Shown in pieces: positions 15,014-23,729 of a stretch of 64,000 nucleotides of DNA. The notes beneath the pieces were generated by a model. That model made no database searches, was not told the origin of the DNA, and saw nothing but the letters and a program-made list of their open reading frames with translations. The position numbers and the translations under genes are program-made. The stretch's first letter is position 1, and every line of letters begins with the position of its first letter. Origin of the DNA: a virus. Location of the stretch: the IMG/VR virus record IMGVR_UViG_3300036892_000014, positions 1 through 64,000 of that record; one strand, given 5' to 3'.

Positions 15014-15050
15014 AAAGCCGCCTTCGCTTTAACAAGCAGGCGGCTTTTGT
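15014..15050 (+). terminator. rho-independent terminator ending the tRNA array
   Basis: AAAGCCGCCT...AGGCGGCTTTT hairpin with T-tract. Confidence 0.75.
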
Positions 15051-15068
15051 ATTTCTGGAGGTGTCGTC

Positions 15069-15542
15069 ATGTGGATGGGACAAGGGCAACTAAACTTCGA
15101 TGACGGCACTGTGCAGGTTACCGCAGCGGGTGGACCCGCAACCATTATTCAGACTGTGGCTATCGACCCCACAGCGCCAACAACCGGACAGGTTCTAACC
15201 GCGATCAGCGCCAGCGCAGCAAGTTGGCAAGCTGCTGGTGGTTCTTCATTGAACTACAAGACCATACGTTCTGCCCCGACGAGCTTTACTCAGGCAGGAA
15301 TTACCGGTCCTATCGTGATGTCTTTCTCTACACCTTTTGCGGACAACAACTACACCATACAGGTCACTGTATTAGGTGATGAAGTTGCTCCAGGCACACC
15401 CACAATCACTCAGTTCCCTTCAGTAGGAATTAGTTACATCGCGCTTCAGACAACCCCTGGCGCTGGTGTGAATGTGTGGATTGCAAATAACGATTCCATT
15501 GCGCACACGGGCATCATACACGTCACCGCAATTCACGACTAA
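15069..15542 (+). CDS. putative virion protein
   Basis: GGAGG RBS, Thr/Gly/Ala-rich beta-type sequence. Confidence 0.7.
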   Translation: MWMGQGQLNFDDGTVQVTAAGGPATIIQTVAIDPTAPTTGQVLTAISASAASWQAAGGSSLNYKTIRSAPTSFTQAGITGPIVMSFSTPFADNNYTIQVTVLGDEVAPGTPTITQFPSVGISYIALQTTPGAGVNVWIANNDSIAHTGIIHVTAIHD

Positions 15543-15557
15543 GATTCAGGAGACACG

Positions 15558-17087
15558 ATGGCCACAGTAACTGCACAACTAGCATCAGCGGCAAATTATG
15601 TGTTACTTGCGGCTGCTGGTATCACAAATTCGGGTTCGTCAATTATATCAGGTGGAAACATCGGCTCATACCCGACTACGTCTATCACTCCAGGCGCTTG
15701 GATTCTCATCCCGCCTAGCGTCATCGATAACGCCGACGCCCAGCAAGCGAACCTAGACGGGCTCGCAGCTTATAATTATTTTGCGGCACTTCCCTTCACT
15801 TCACTCTCAGCATCCTCTGTAAACCTTTCCGTTTCAGGAAACGGCGCAACACCCTTCACGTATACTCCCGGTAACTATTCCGCTGGAACAAGCATGGACA
15901 TCCCGACATCTATCACACTAGATGCGCAGGGAAACCCTCAAGCTGTGTTTATCTTCAAGGCGGGCAGCACTGTTACCCTTGAGAGCGGCGCTTCCATCAT
16001 TTTGGCTAACGGCGCGAATGCTGCGAATGTCGTTTGGTTGGTGGGCAGCTCATTGACGACCGTCTTCGCGGGCGTGTCTGTATTCAACGGACAGGTGCTC
16101 GCCGCTACATCTATCACACTCGGCGGTGGGAATTTTAATGGGCGTGCGCTAGCAGGATTGGTCAACAGTTCCGGCGCTATCACCATCGCAACAGCATTGA
16201 CCATGACAGGTTCTTCTGTCGCAGCCCAGCCGACTACGGCAGGCGGACAGGCGCAAGCATTGATCGCGTCTCAGCCAGGACAGACATTCCTACAGGCGTA
16301 TCCTCAAGTAACGCCGAACGGCATCGGCCCGCAGAATCTCGACCTGATGCACATCAAGGATGAGGGTGGATTTGATCTTGTAACTGTTGACTACACCGGA
16401 GCGGTACACGGCGGCGCAGGAAGCTACGCAACCAGTTTCGCATCGGCCTCTGTTGCAGTTTCCACGTTCGCTGTAACGAATGTGGTCGCTTCAACGGGCG
16501 TGTACACGGGAACATTCACGGGCGGCGCGGCTAACGCGTTCGCTGGTCAGAATGCAGTCATCCTCGGATTCACGAACGGCGGCAACAACGGCACGAAGCT
16601 TATCACGGCTTCATCTGCTACCACGATTACCGTATCGACCGCCGGTCTCGTAAATGAAACTGCGTCGGCTACCGCTTCGGTCTCAAACTTCAGCCTAGCG
16701 ACCTACACGGGAACCATTACGGGCGGCGCTAACAACGCCTACGCGGGACGTACGGTAACCTTCACGGGTTTCTTGGCGGGCACAGGCGCAAACAATGTGA
16801 CTGCGCTTGTTATCTCAAGCACGGCAACCACGTTGGTTGTTGCGTACTCCGATCAAGTCACCGAAACCCAAACAGGACTCGCAACGCTTCCGTCGGCCTT
16901 CGCGGCAGTGCCAGGTGGTACGCGTCTTGGAACGTATTACACCCGTCTAGGTCAGAGCGCAACCATCGCGCAGATATTCGCCGACGCCTTCACGAACCCG
17001 TCATTGCTTGACATCGTTCACATTGTTAATTTGGGAGGTAACATCAGTTACGTTTTGAATTACCAAGGTGTTGCGAGCGGAAGCTAA
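15558..17087 (+). CDS. DUF3494 ice-binding-domain protein, putative virion protein
   Basis: LDAQGNPQAVFIFK...LANGANAANVVWLVGSS...FNGQVLAATSITL...NGRALA matches DUF3494; two copies of a shared virion module follow. Confidence 0.85.
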   Translation: MATVTAQLASAANYVLLAAAGITNSGSSIISGGNIGSYPTTSITPGAWILIPPSVIDNADAQQANLDGLAAYNYFAALPFTSLSASSVNLSVSGNGATPFTYTPGNYSAGTSMDIPTSITLDAQGNPQAVFIFKAGSTVTLESGASIILANGANAANVVWLVGSSLTTVFAGVSVFNGQVLAATSITLGGGNFNGRALAGLVNSSGAITIATALTMTGSSVAAQPTTAGGQAQALIASQPGQTFLQAYPQVTPNGIGPQNLDLMHIKDEGGFDLVTVDYTGAVHGGAGSYATSFASASVAVSTFAVTNVVASTGVYTGTFTGGAANAFAGQNAVILGFTNGGNNGTKLITASSATTITVSTAGLVNETASATASVSNFSLATYTGTITGGANNAYAGRTVTFTGFLAGTGANNVTALVISSTATTLVVAYSDQVTETQTGLATLPSAFAAVPGGTRLGTYYTRLGQSATIAQIFADAFTNPSLLDIVHIVNLGGNISYVLNYQGVASGS

Positions 17088-17127
17088 ATCGGTTTAGCCC
17101 TCGGGGTTGCTCCCGAAGGTGAGACTT

Positions 17128-17179
17128 GGGGAGTGCCTACTCGCTCCCGTATTAAAACAAATCAGAAAGCGTAGGGAGC
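17128..17179 (+). promoter_or_regulatory. degenerate kissing-loop leader, copy F
   Basis: GGGAGTG-CCTACT-CGCTCCC with GTAGG partner at 17171; second stem lost. Confidence 0.45.
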
Positions 17180-17194
17180 AACAGGGGATTTAAA

Positions 17195-17575
17195 TTGGCA
17201 ATCACACAAGTAGAGTTAGCCACACCAGCGGGACTGTTTGTCTTTACGGATACGTCCATGGGGGCCTCTGTTGACGCAGTGAAGGCTTCTTCCGCTTTAG
17301 TGTATAGTATCAATATCAATAATTCTGCGAACAGTGTGCCGTCTTATGTTCGGCTGTTTAATCTGGCGTCAGGTTCGGTAATCGTCGGCACAACTGCCCC
17401 GGACTCAGTTTTGTATGTTCCTGCCAATGCAGTTGTTAGTTTTGCACTGTTCACGGGTGTACTGGCCGGAATAACTTTTGGTACGGCGCTATCTGCGTGC
17501 TGTGTCACGACAGGCGGAACGGCGGGCGTAACAGCGCCGTTGTCTTCCGTGGCCGTGACCATCACTTACGTTTAA
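17195..17575 (+). CDS. putative virion protein
   Basis: 126 aa, TTG start, beta-rich. Confidence 0.65.
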   Translation: MAITQVELATPAGLFVFTDTSMGASVDAVKASSALVYSININNSANSVPSYVRLFNLASGSVIVGTTAPDSVLYVPANAVVSFALFTGVLAGITFGTALSACCVTTGGTAGVTAPLSSVAVTITYV

Positions 17576-17708
17576 TATTCGCTATTTGCGAATCGAGAAC
17601 GGAGAAATTTAAAATTTTGTTAGCATCCAAAAGGGTGCTTCAATAAAGCGCAGCGTTTGCGTGCTAGAGTAATCGAAGCGCAGCGTTCGCGTTCATAGGG
17701 AGAAACAA

Positions 17709-18647
17709 ATGGGTGTTATCGCACAGTATCAAGTAAGCTTGGCATATCCGTCAACAGTCGGCGGAACGTCGGGCGTATTGCAGTATTTTTTCAGCAACAA
17801 CAGCCAGAACTTGTGGAACGTGGGCGCAACAGGCGTCAACACTCCGCAGAATAGCGCTCAGTTGGGCGCGGTTCCGTCAGCAACAAGTTCATTGGGTATG
17901 TTGCCATTCGACACCAGCGGATTCAAGTTGCAGGGCGGTCGTTTGTCTCTGTTTGTTTCCGGTGTGTTTTCATGCACGACTGGAACCCCGACGGTTACCC
18001 CGCTGATTCAGATTGTAACTCCGAATGCAACAACGGGTTCGATCTACACCAATCCGCAGTATACAGACTTCATGATAGGAGTCCCGTCTAGTGCATTGGT
18101 TGCAAACAGTCCGGTTGCGTTCTCAGCCGAAGCGGATATGGTTTTCGATCCGACCTCCGGAACGCTAGCTGGAATTCAGAACTACCAGATCGTGCCGAAG
18201 TCACCAGGGACGGCCTACGTATTGACGCAGGTAGCCGTTGCAGGAACCTCAACCACGTACACTGGAACCATCACGGGTGGTGCAGCGAATGCATACGCCG
18301 GTCAGACATTCCAGATTGCTGGATTCGCGGGCGCTGGCAACAACGTTAACGTGTTGGTTGTATCTTCAACCGCAACCACGTTGGTTGTAACGACCGCAAC
18401 CCAGGTTAACGAAACGCATGCTGCAACCGCAACGGGTGGTGGTGTGCCAGTTAACAACGGCCCAGGATTCTTCACTGCAATTCAGGGATTGGTTGCCGCA
18501 ACTCCGGTCAACCCGAACATCCCAGGACAGCAGACGAATTCTTACGGCATGAACCCGGGCTTTGGATTCGTAGCTGGAGTAACCTTCAGTTCAGGCAACG
18601 TTGGCAACAGCGCTAGCCTTTACGAGTTCAAGATCGTTCAGTTCTAA
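17709..18647 (+). CDS. putative virion protein with shared TGGAANAYAG module
   Basis: GGAG RBS, 312 aa. Confidence 0.75.
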   Translation: MGVIAQYQVSLAYPSTVGGTSGVLQYFFSNNSQNLWNVGATGVNTPQNSAQLGAVPSATSSLGMLPFDTSGFKLQGGRLSLFVSGVFSCTTGTPTVTPLIQIVTPNATTGSIYTNPQYTDFMIGVPSSALVANSPVAFSAEADMVFDPTSGTLAGIQNYQIVPKSPGTAYVLTQVAVAGTSTTYTGTITGGAANAYAGQTFQIAGFAGAGNNVNVLVVSSTATTLVVTTATQVNETHAATATGGGVPVNNGPGFFTAIQGLVAATPVNPNIPGQQTNSYGMNPGFGFVAGVTFSSGNVGNSASLYEFKIVQF

Positions 18648-18672
18648 TAAACCAATTTCGTTAGAGACTAAC

Positions 18673-18700
18673 GGGGCGCAGATACAGAACGCGCCCCTTG
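18673..18700 (+). terminator. possible terminator
   Basis: GGGGCGC/GCGCCCC hairpin, weak T-tract. Confidence 0.45.
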
Positions 18701-18769
18701 TCTGCTACGATACTGTGCAAACCAGGACCTGTCGGACGTTATAGTCGTTGACACCTTTTATAGGCTCCG

Positions 18770-19099
18770 ATGCTATTCCTAATTGCTCCCGCCGTCGAGG
18801 CGGTTCATTCTGTTGTTGAAATTCTCGGATGGCCTACGCTATTGGCAACGATAGTGTGGGTTGTACGCAAGTGGGACAAGCTGACAGGAGAATTGAGAAG
18901 CATTGATAAGCGCACGCAAGACAACTTGGTTACTACAACAGTCGTGAAGGCTGCCGTGGAAACGATTAGAGACAATCACCTGGCCCATGTCGAACAGGGC
19001 GTGAAAGATTTAGCGTCATCGCACGACAAGACTATTGAAGTATTGGGCAGCATCGACAAGAACATCGCACTTCTTGTGGACCGCTTCCCGAGGGCGTAA
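18770..19099 (+). CDS. membrane protein with coiled coil (possibly lysis-related)
   Basis: N-terminal TM, heptad-like C-terminus. Confidence 0.55.
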   Translation: MLFLIAPAVEAVHSVVEILGWPTLLATIVWVVRKWDKLTGELRSIDKRTQDNLVTTTVVKAAVETIRDNHLAHVEQGVKDLASSHDKTIEVLGSIDKNIALLVDRFPRA

Positions 19100-19100
19100 C

Positions 19101-19289
19101 ATGCCAGCCGTTTCTAAAGCGCAACAGATCGCTATGGCAATTGCCGAGCATCATCCAGAAGACCTTAACTCAGACAATGCGGGCTTGAAGAAGATGACAC
19201 ATCAGCAACTGCACGACTTCGCATCGACCCCGCGTAAGCATCTTCCTTCATATGTTCACGCGCATAAAGCACGTAAAGATGCTTCTTAA
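19101..19289 (+). CDS. DUF3008-like small protein
   Basis: MPAVSKAQQ...LHDFASTPRKHLP motif. Confidence 0.65.
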   Translation: MPAVSKAQQIAMAIAEHHPEDLNSDNAGLKKMTHQQLHDFASTPRKHLPSYVHAHKARKDAS

Positions 19290-19373
19290 TATTCGGATAC
19301 TTTGGAAGAGAATTCAACTTCATTGGCATTTGTTTAGACAAAAGTTGGGGCTTTACGATTAGGGAGACTGATA

Positions 19374-19592
19374 ATGGCTTTACTCCAACTTGAACCCTCC
19401 CTGCCGTTGGTAACGCCGAAAGGAAAGGGTCGCGCAGTCGTTTTGATTGACTACGGAATTGAAGAGAATTTGCTCTGGGTTGTTTTTATAGACGAGACAG
19501 GTGAGTGCTGGGCGTTCCAAAACAAAGATGTTCGTTTGGAGTCCAATATTACGATAGGGGCAAAGCGGGACTCATCACCATTGAGGAAGTAA
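19374..19592 (+). CDS. hypothetical phage protein
   Basis: GGAG RBS, 72 aa. Confidence 0.65.
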   Translation: MALLQLEPSLPLVTPKGKGRAVVLIDYGIEENLLWVVFIDETGECWAFQNKDVRLESNITIGAKRDSSPLRK

Positions 19593-20212
19593 TGAGACAG
19601 TTCTCAGATACCCCGTATAAGTTGGCTAGGATGACCAAGGAACCGATTCTCTATCTCGTTCGTCATGGCGCAACATTGGGTGATGATACATACAGTGGAC
19701 CACCGAATCCGCCCCTGACCGAACAGGGACGCAATGACGCCGCAGAAGTAGCGCAATTCTTTGTCGGCAGAAAGACGGGTGATATTGTTTCTTCTGAACT
19801 AGGTAGGACGCAAGCGACCGCTAATGAAATTGGAAAGGCACTCGGCAAGAAAGTCCAATTGAGTAAGGGACTAGATTCGCTCGACGTTGGGGATGTATCC
19901 AAGATCAAAGATAAAGACGAAGCGGATAAAGTAATTCATCACCACCAAGATAATCCGGATGAACCCATCCCTGGCGGCGAATCTATTAATCATTTTGACC
20001 GCAGGATTGAACCGGAGTTGATGAAGGGCATCGGCACTTACTACAAAACGGGGTTGCCGTCGATCTTCTCCATTCATCACAGTGTTCAGCACACAGCAGG
20101 AAAGATTTTTAATAATGACAAGGATTCCGCGTTGACTCATCCAGGTGGGGTAGTAGCAGTTTACAAAGATTCAAATGGCTTTCGGGCCGTTCCGATTTTT
20201 AAACCGGAATAA
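19592..20212 (+). CDS. histidine phosphatase superfamily protein
   Basis: LVRHG, LTEQG, SSxLxRTxxT, GGES and C-terminal His motifs. Confidence 0.85.
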   Translation: MRQFSDTPYKLARMTKEPILYLVRHGATLGDDTYSGPPNPPLTEQGRNDAAEVAQFFVGRKTGDIVSSELGRTQATANEIGKALGKKVQLSKGLDSLDVGDVSKIKDKDEADKVIHHHQDNPDEPIPGGESINHFDRRIEPELMKGIGTYYKTGLPSIFSIHHSVQHTAGKIFNNDKDSALTHPGGVVAVYKDSNGFRAVPIFKPE

Positions 20213-20227
20213 TTTTAGGAGTCAGTC

Positions 20228-20533
20228 ATGGCAAAGAAGCACCCGTTCAGTCATACTGTGGTTGAACACCACAAAGACGGAAGTCACACCGTCCACCACA
20301 TTCATGAGAAGCACGGTCATCAACACACCGCGCCTGTTCGTGAAGGCGATGTGAAGGGTGCGGCAGGCGGTCACGATGAGATGATGGATCACATGATGGA
20401 TCACACCTCTGAGCCGAACCCGGGCGAGGCAGAAGCGGCAGCGGGTCCAGCAGGCGCAGCACCAGCGGCAGCAGCCCCGGCAGCACCAGCGGCAGCACCG
20501 ATGGGCGCGTCGTCAACCGGCGCAGGACAGTAA
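20228..20533 (+). CDS. His-rich protein with Ala/Pro tail
   Basis: AGGAG RBS; HHKDGSHTVHHIHEKHGHQH. Confidence 0.7.
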   Translation: MAKKHPFSHTVVEHHKDGSHTVHHIHEKHGHQHTAPVREGDVKGAAGGHDEMMDHMMDHTSEPNPGEAEAAAGPAGAAPAAAAPAAPAAAPMGASSTGAGQ

Positions 20534-20572
20534 CATCGGACATTCCTCGGCCCATTACCGAGGCGCAGACTC

Positions 20573-20619
20573 GTGGGCGTGCCTAACTCACGCCCGCAGT
20601 CGCATTCTAGTTAGGAGAA
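20573..20619 (+). promoter_or_regulatory. kissing-loop RBS-masking leader, copy E
   Basis: GGGCGTG-CCTAACT-CACGCCC then TTCT-AGTTAGG-AGAA, ATG at 20624. Confidence 0.75.
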
Positions 20620-20623
20620 AGAT

Positions 20624-20755
20624 ATGCCTGTTAAGGGTCAGATTAATCCTGCGATTCGAGATCAGCGAACTATTTGGATGAGTCTAAGGAAATGAGATTA
20701 GAACCAACAACCGAGGATTTTACGGTTGCTTCGAAATTATTGCAGGAGCACTTAA
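20624..20755 (+). pseudogene. probable deletion remnant of an endonuclease gene
   Basis: 23-codon ORF after leader E; another frame has RSANYLDES, resembling EndoVII C-termini. Confidence 0.4.
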
Positions 20756-20944
20756 ATGGCAAAGCACAATGCGTCCCTATACAGGGCGATGCATCAACTT
20801 AGAAAAGGAAATTTGCATAAGCATCTTGGTATTCCTGAAGGTAACTCTATTCCCGCTGAGAAATTAGAAGTCTCTCCGAATGATAGTGAACACGTCAAGC
20901 ATATGAAGAATTTTGCAAAAACCATGTCAGGATTTAAACACTAA
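20756..20944 (+). CDS. small basic phage protein
   Basis: AGGAG RBS; KGNLHKHLGIPEG motif. Confidence 0.65.
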   Translation: MAKHNASLYRAMHQLRKGNLHKHLGIPEGNSIPAEKLEVSPNDSEHVKHMKNFAKTMSGFKH

Positions 20945-21171
20945 TGTGGAGTTTAATTAAGTCAACAGTCCTCGACAACGATGGCACTGTAAATCCAGCG
21001 CACATCATCACTATAGCATTGACTGCGGCAATCATCGCCTGGGGTACTCACGTGGCAATTCACACGCACGCAATGCCTGAACTAACCGGAGCAGCGGCTC
21101 TTCTAGGCGGGGGCGCAGCCGTGAACGTTGCGCACAAGGCTGAAGACATCGTCGCAAAGATCAAGGAGTAA
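20944..21171 (+). CDS. putative holin (2 TM)
   Basis: Two hydrophobic helices, charged C-terminus. Confidence 0.5.
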   Translation: MWSLIKSTVLDNDGTVNPAHIITIALTAAIIAWGTHVAIHTHAMPELTGAAALLGGGAAVNVAHKAEDIVAKIKE

Positions 21172-21173
21172 CC

Positions 21174-21440
21174 ATGCCACAGCAAGACGATGGCGGTGTA
21201 GCAGCAAAGCTTGCAGAAGCCAAGGCTGCTTTGACGGGCGCATCGAATTCTAACGTATCACCAACGAAGTCACCTTACGCACCGCCGCCGTCGTACGCAG
21301 CGCCGCACGCGATAAGGAAGGGTGGTGGCCCTAAGCCCCCAGCGCCTAAGCCAGGCGTATCGGGGGAAGTAGAGTCAGCCGCCGCAGGCCTAGCAGCAAA
21401 GCAAAAGAATGTTGACGACTACAAAGCCGCCAACCAATAA
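21174..21440 (+). CDS. hypothetical Pro/Ala-rich protein
   Basis: AGGAG RBS. Confidence 0.6.
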   Translation: MPQQDDGGVAAKLAEAKAALTGASNSNVSPTKSPYAPPPSYAAPHAIRKGGGPKPPAPKPGVSGEVESAAAGLAAKQKNVDDYKAANQ

Positions 21441-21452
21441 GTTGGAGGCTCA

Positions 21453-23729
21453 ATGCCTATTACAGGAATCGAAAAGGACCGCTTAAATTTTGTTGACGAG
21501 CGCGTTCGTACGCAGAAGGCTATATGGCCTGGAATCGTCGAGAAGTGGGATGCTGAAGCGAATGGAAAGCGCTACAAGTCCGAAGTCCTTTCGATGAAGG
21601 CGTTGTGGAACCTGTATGTGGGTGGCAATCCGGAACAGTTGACCGAGGAAGAAGAGGCTCGCGGTAAGAAGCCATTAAAGAAAAAAACCGGGTACGAAGT
21701 CATCCCGATCAAAGCGTTTGAGTTGCCTGGGCGATTTAACGAGAAGGGTCGCAAGCGCGACGACACCTTGATTCACACGGGTGTCAATGGCTATCTCCAC
21801 TTCAATCAGTGGTTGATGGCTCGCGATCAGGCGCGTAAGGATTTGTTCTGGTTCGGAAAAGAAGTCTTCCACATGGACTTCGAGCCTGAAGTGCATCAAG
21901 TAACCTGCAATCAGTTCGTGCAGAAAGATTTTGATGGCGTTTGGGTAGAAGATTATGGCCAGAAAGAATTTAAAGTAGCTATGGCAAGTCAGACTCGTAT
22001 TCCTAGAGTGTGGGTGCAGGCTGACGAGTACGAAAAGAATTCCTTGCGAGACATCGGGTACTATATGCCCGACCCAATAGAAGCGGAGAAAGGTCCTAAC
22101 CTTGCCCGCACTATGATTTTGTTGGACCCTCGTGGGTTCTTCAAGTCATACACAGACGCGCTAGATTGCGTCCAGTGGATTATCAACTGCCCAGACATTC
22201 GTATCCTCATCATGAGCGGTACGTATAAGTTGACATTGCAGTTCCTTGCCAACGCAAAGGGTAAGTTCTATCTTCCACGTGGACTACGTCCGACTTACTT
22301 TCATTTACTGTTCCCAGAATATGTTATTCGAGGGGTTGACGGTGATTCGAAAGAGCCTTTGATTCTCGACCCGACACTGCGCCGACTAGAGTCCCAAGAC
22401 CCGACGTTGGGAATCATGTCTATCGGATCGTCATTGTCCGGGTTCCACTGCGACGTGTTAAAGTTCGACGATATCGTCACAGACGAGAATTGCAACACGG
22501 ATGAGACCAGAGAAGGACTGAAGGACAAGGCCGACGGCGCGGTCAACTTGCGCATGCCGTGGGGCTGGACGGATATCATCGGGACGCGCTACTTCCCAGA
22601 TGACTATTACGGACTACTCTTGGACAAGTTCAAAGAAAGTCCAGAAGATTTTAACCTGAAGTTTTTTACCCGCGCTGCATGGGTAGTTAAGCCTGAGTTC
22701 AAAGACGTAGAAGAAAGAAGTTTGTTTGAACTGAAAGAGGATATGGTTGATCTGACCTTTCCACAGCATAAGTCATGGAAGAGTCTTCGTCAGGACTTGA
22801 AGAACGAGAAAAGTTTTCGCTGCCAGCAACTTAACCAACCTGTCTGGGGAAACGAGAACAGCGTCAAGTTTGATCGCGGCGTGTTGGAAGCGCACAGAGG
22901 TGTTAAACTATTGGCCGAAGTGGTCATGGCACCCGGAAAAGTTTACGGTGCTATTGACCTAGCGCGTGAGAACAAACAGTTCTCAGACTTCACGGCACTT
23001 GCTGTCGGAAAAGTCTATCAAGAAGGTTCGATCCCGATTCTTACACCAGAGCAAGCCGCAGCGTCAGTGCGGCTAGAAGGAAAGTGGATTCTGGTCGTCC
23101 TCGATGTGCAATTTGGGAAGTGGTCTCAGACGGAGATCGCGGCTAGGATTGCAAAGATGCATGACGTATGGCGTCCTTCGCAGTGGTACGGCGAGGATAC
23201 CGGCGGCATTCAGCTATTGAAGGAAAAGATTGTAGACGTATCCAAAACGACGTACGGCCATTGGCCGTATATTGATTGGAGAACGCCGGATAATTCCGAG
23301 AATGCAAAGCGAGGCCGCATCAAAGGCCTTGAGATGCTTCTTACCACCGATAGACTGTTCTTTTTGACGGGCGGGTGGAATTCGGAAGTGTTCGAACAAC
23401 TTGAGAAATATAAAGGACAGAAGAGTACGCGCTTCTTTAAGGATGACGTACCTGATGTTCTATCTCAGTTGGCTAATAAATATATTCCGAGCATCATTCA
23501 GAAGTCGAAAAAAGAATTGATCGAGGAAGCTAGTCAGAGGGAAGCCCAGTATAGGGAGTATCTTCGTCGCGAGGTCAAGAGACAGATTTACGGCGAGGAT
23601 AACGGGGGCTTCGGCATGGCAGCACCCAGTCAATCATATTGGTACAATGAGCCTCCCCCACAGCAGCCGTCATCGCCAGTGAGTGAGATTGCACGAAAGT
23701 TGTTTGGCGGCAATGGGATGAGGGGATAA
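21453..23729 (+). CDS. terL: terminase large subunit
   Basis: PRGFFKS Walker A, VLKFDD Walker B, GTRY motif III, nuclease AIDLA...DD. Confidence 0.9.
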   Translation: MPITGIEKDRLNFVDERVRTQKAIWPGIVEKWDAEANGKRYKSEVLSMKALWNLYVGGNPEQLTEEEEARGKKPLKKKTGYEVIPIKAFELPGRFNEKGRKRDDTLIHTGVNGYLHFNQWLMARDQARKDLFWFGKEVFHMDFEPEVHQVTCNQFVQKDFDGVWVEDYGQKEFKVAMASQTRIPRVWVQADEYEKNSLRDIGYYMPDPIEAEKGPNLARTMILLDPRGFFKSYTDALDCVQWIINCPDIRILIMSGTYKLTLQFLANAKGKFYLPRGLRPTYFHLLFPEYVIRGVDGDSKEPLILDPTLRRLESQDPTLGIMSIGSSLSGFHCDVLKFDDIVTDENCNTDETREGLKDKADGAVNLRMPWGWTDIIGTRYFPDDYYGLLLDKFKESPEDFNLKFFTRAAWVVKPEFKDVEERSLFELKEDMVDLTFPQHKSWKSLRQDLKNEKSFRCQQLNQPVWGNENSVKFDRGVLEAHRGVKLLAEVVMAPGKVYGAIDLARENKQFSDFTALAVGKVYQEGSIPILTPEQAAASVRLEGKWILVVLDVQFGKWSQTEIAARIAKMHDVWRPSQWYGEDTGGIQLLKEKIVDVSKTTYGHWPYIDWRTPDNSENAKRGRIKGLEMLLTTDRLFFLTGGWNSEVFEQLEKYKGQKSTRFFKDDVPDVLSQLANKYIPSIIQKSKKELIEEASQREAQYREYLRREVKRQIYGEDNGGFGMAAPSQSYWYNEPPPQQPSSPVSEIARKLFGGNGMRG

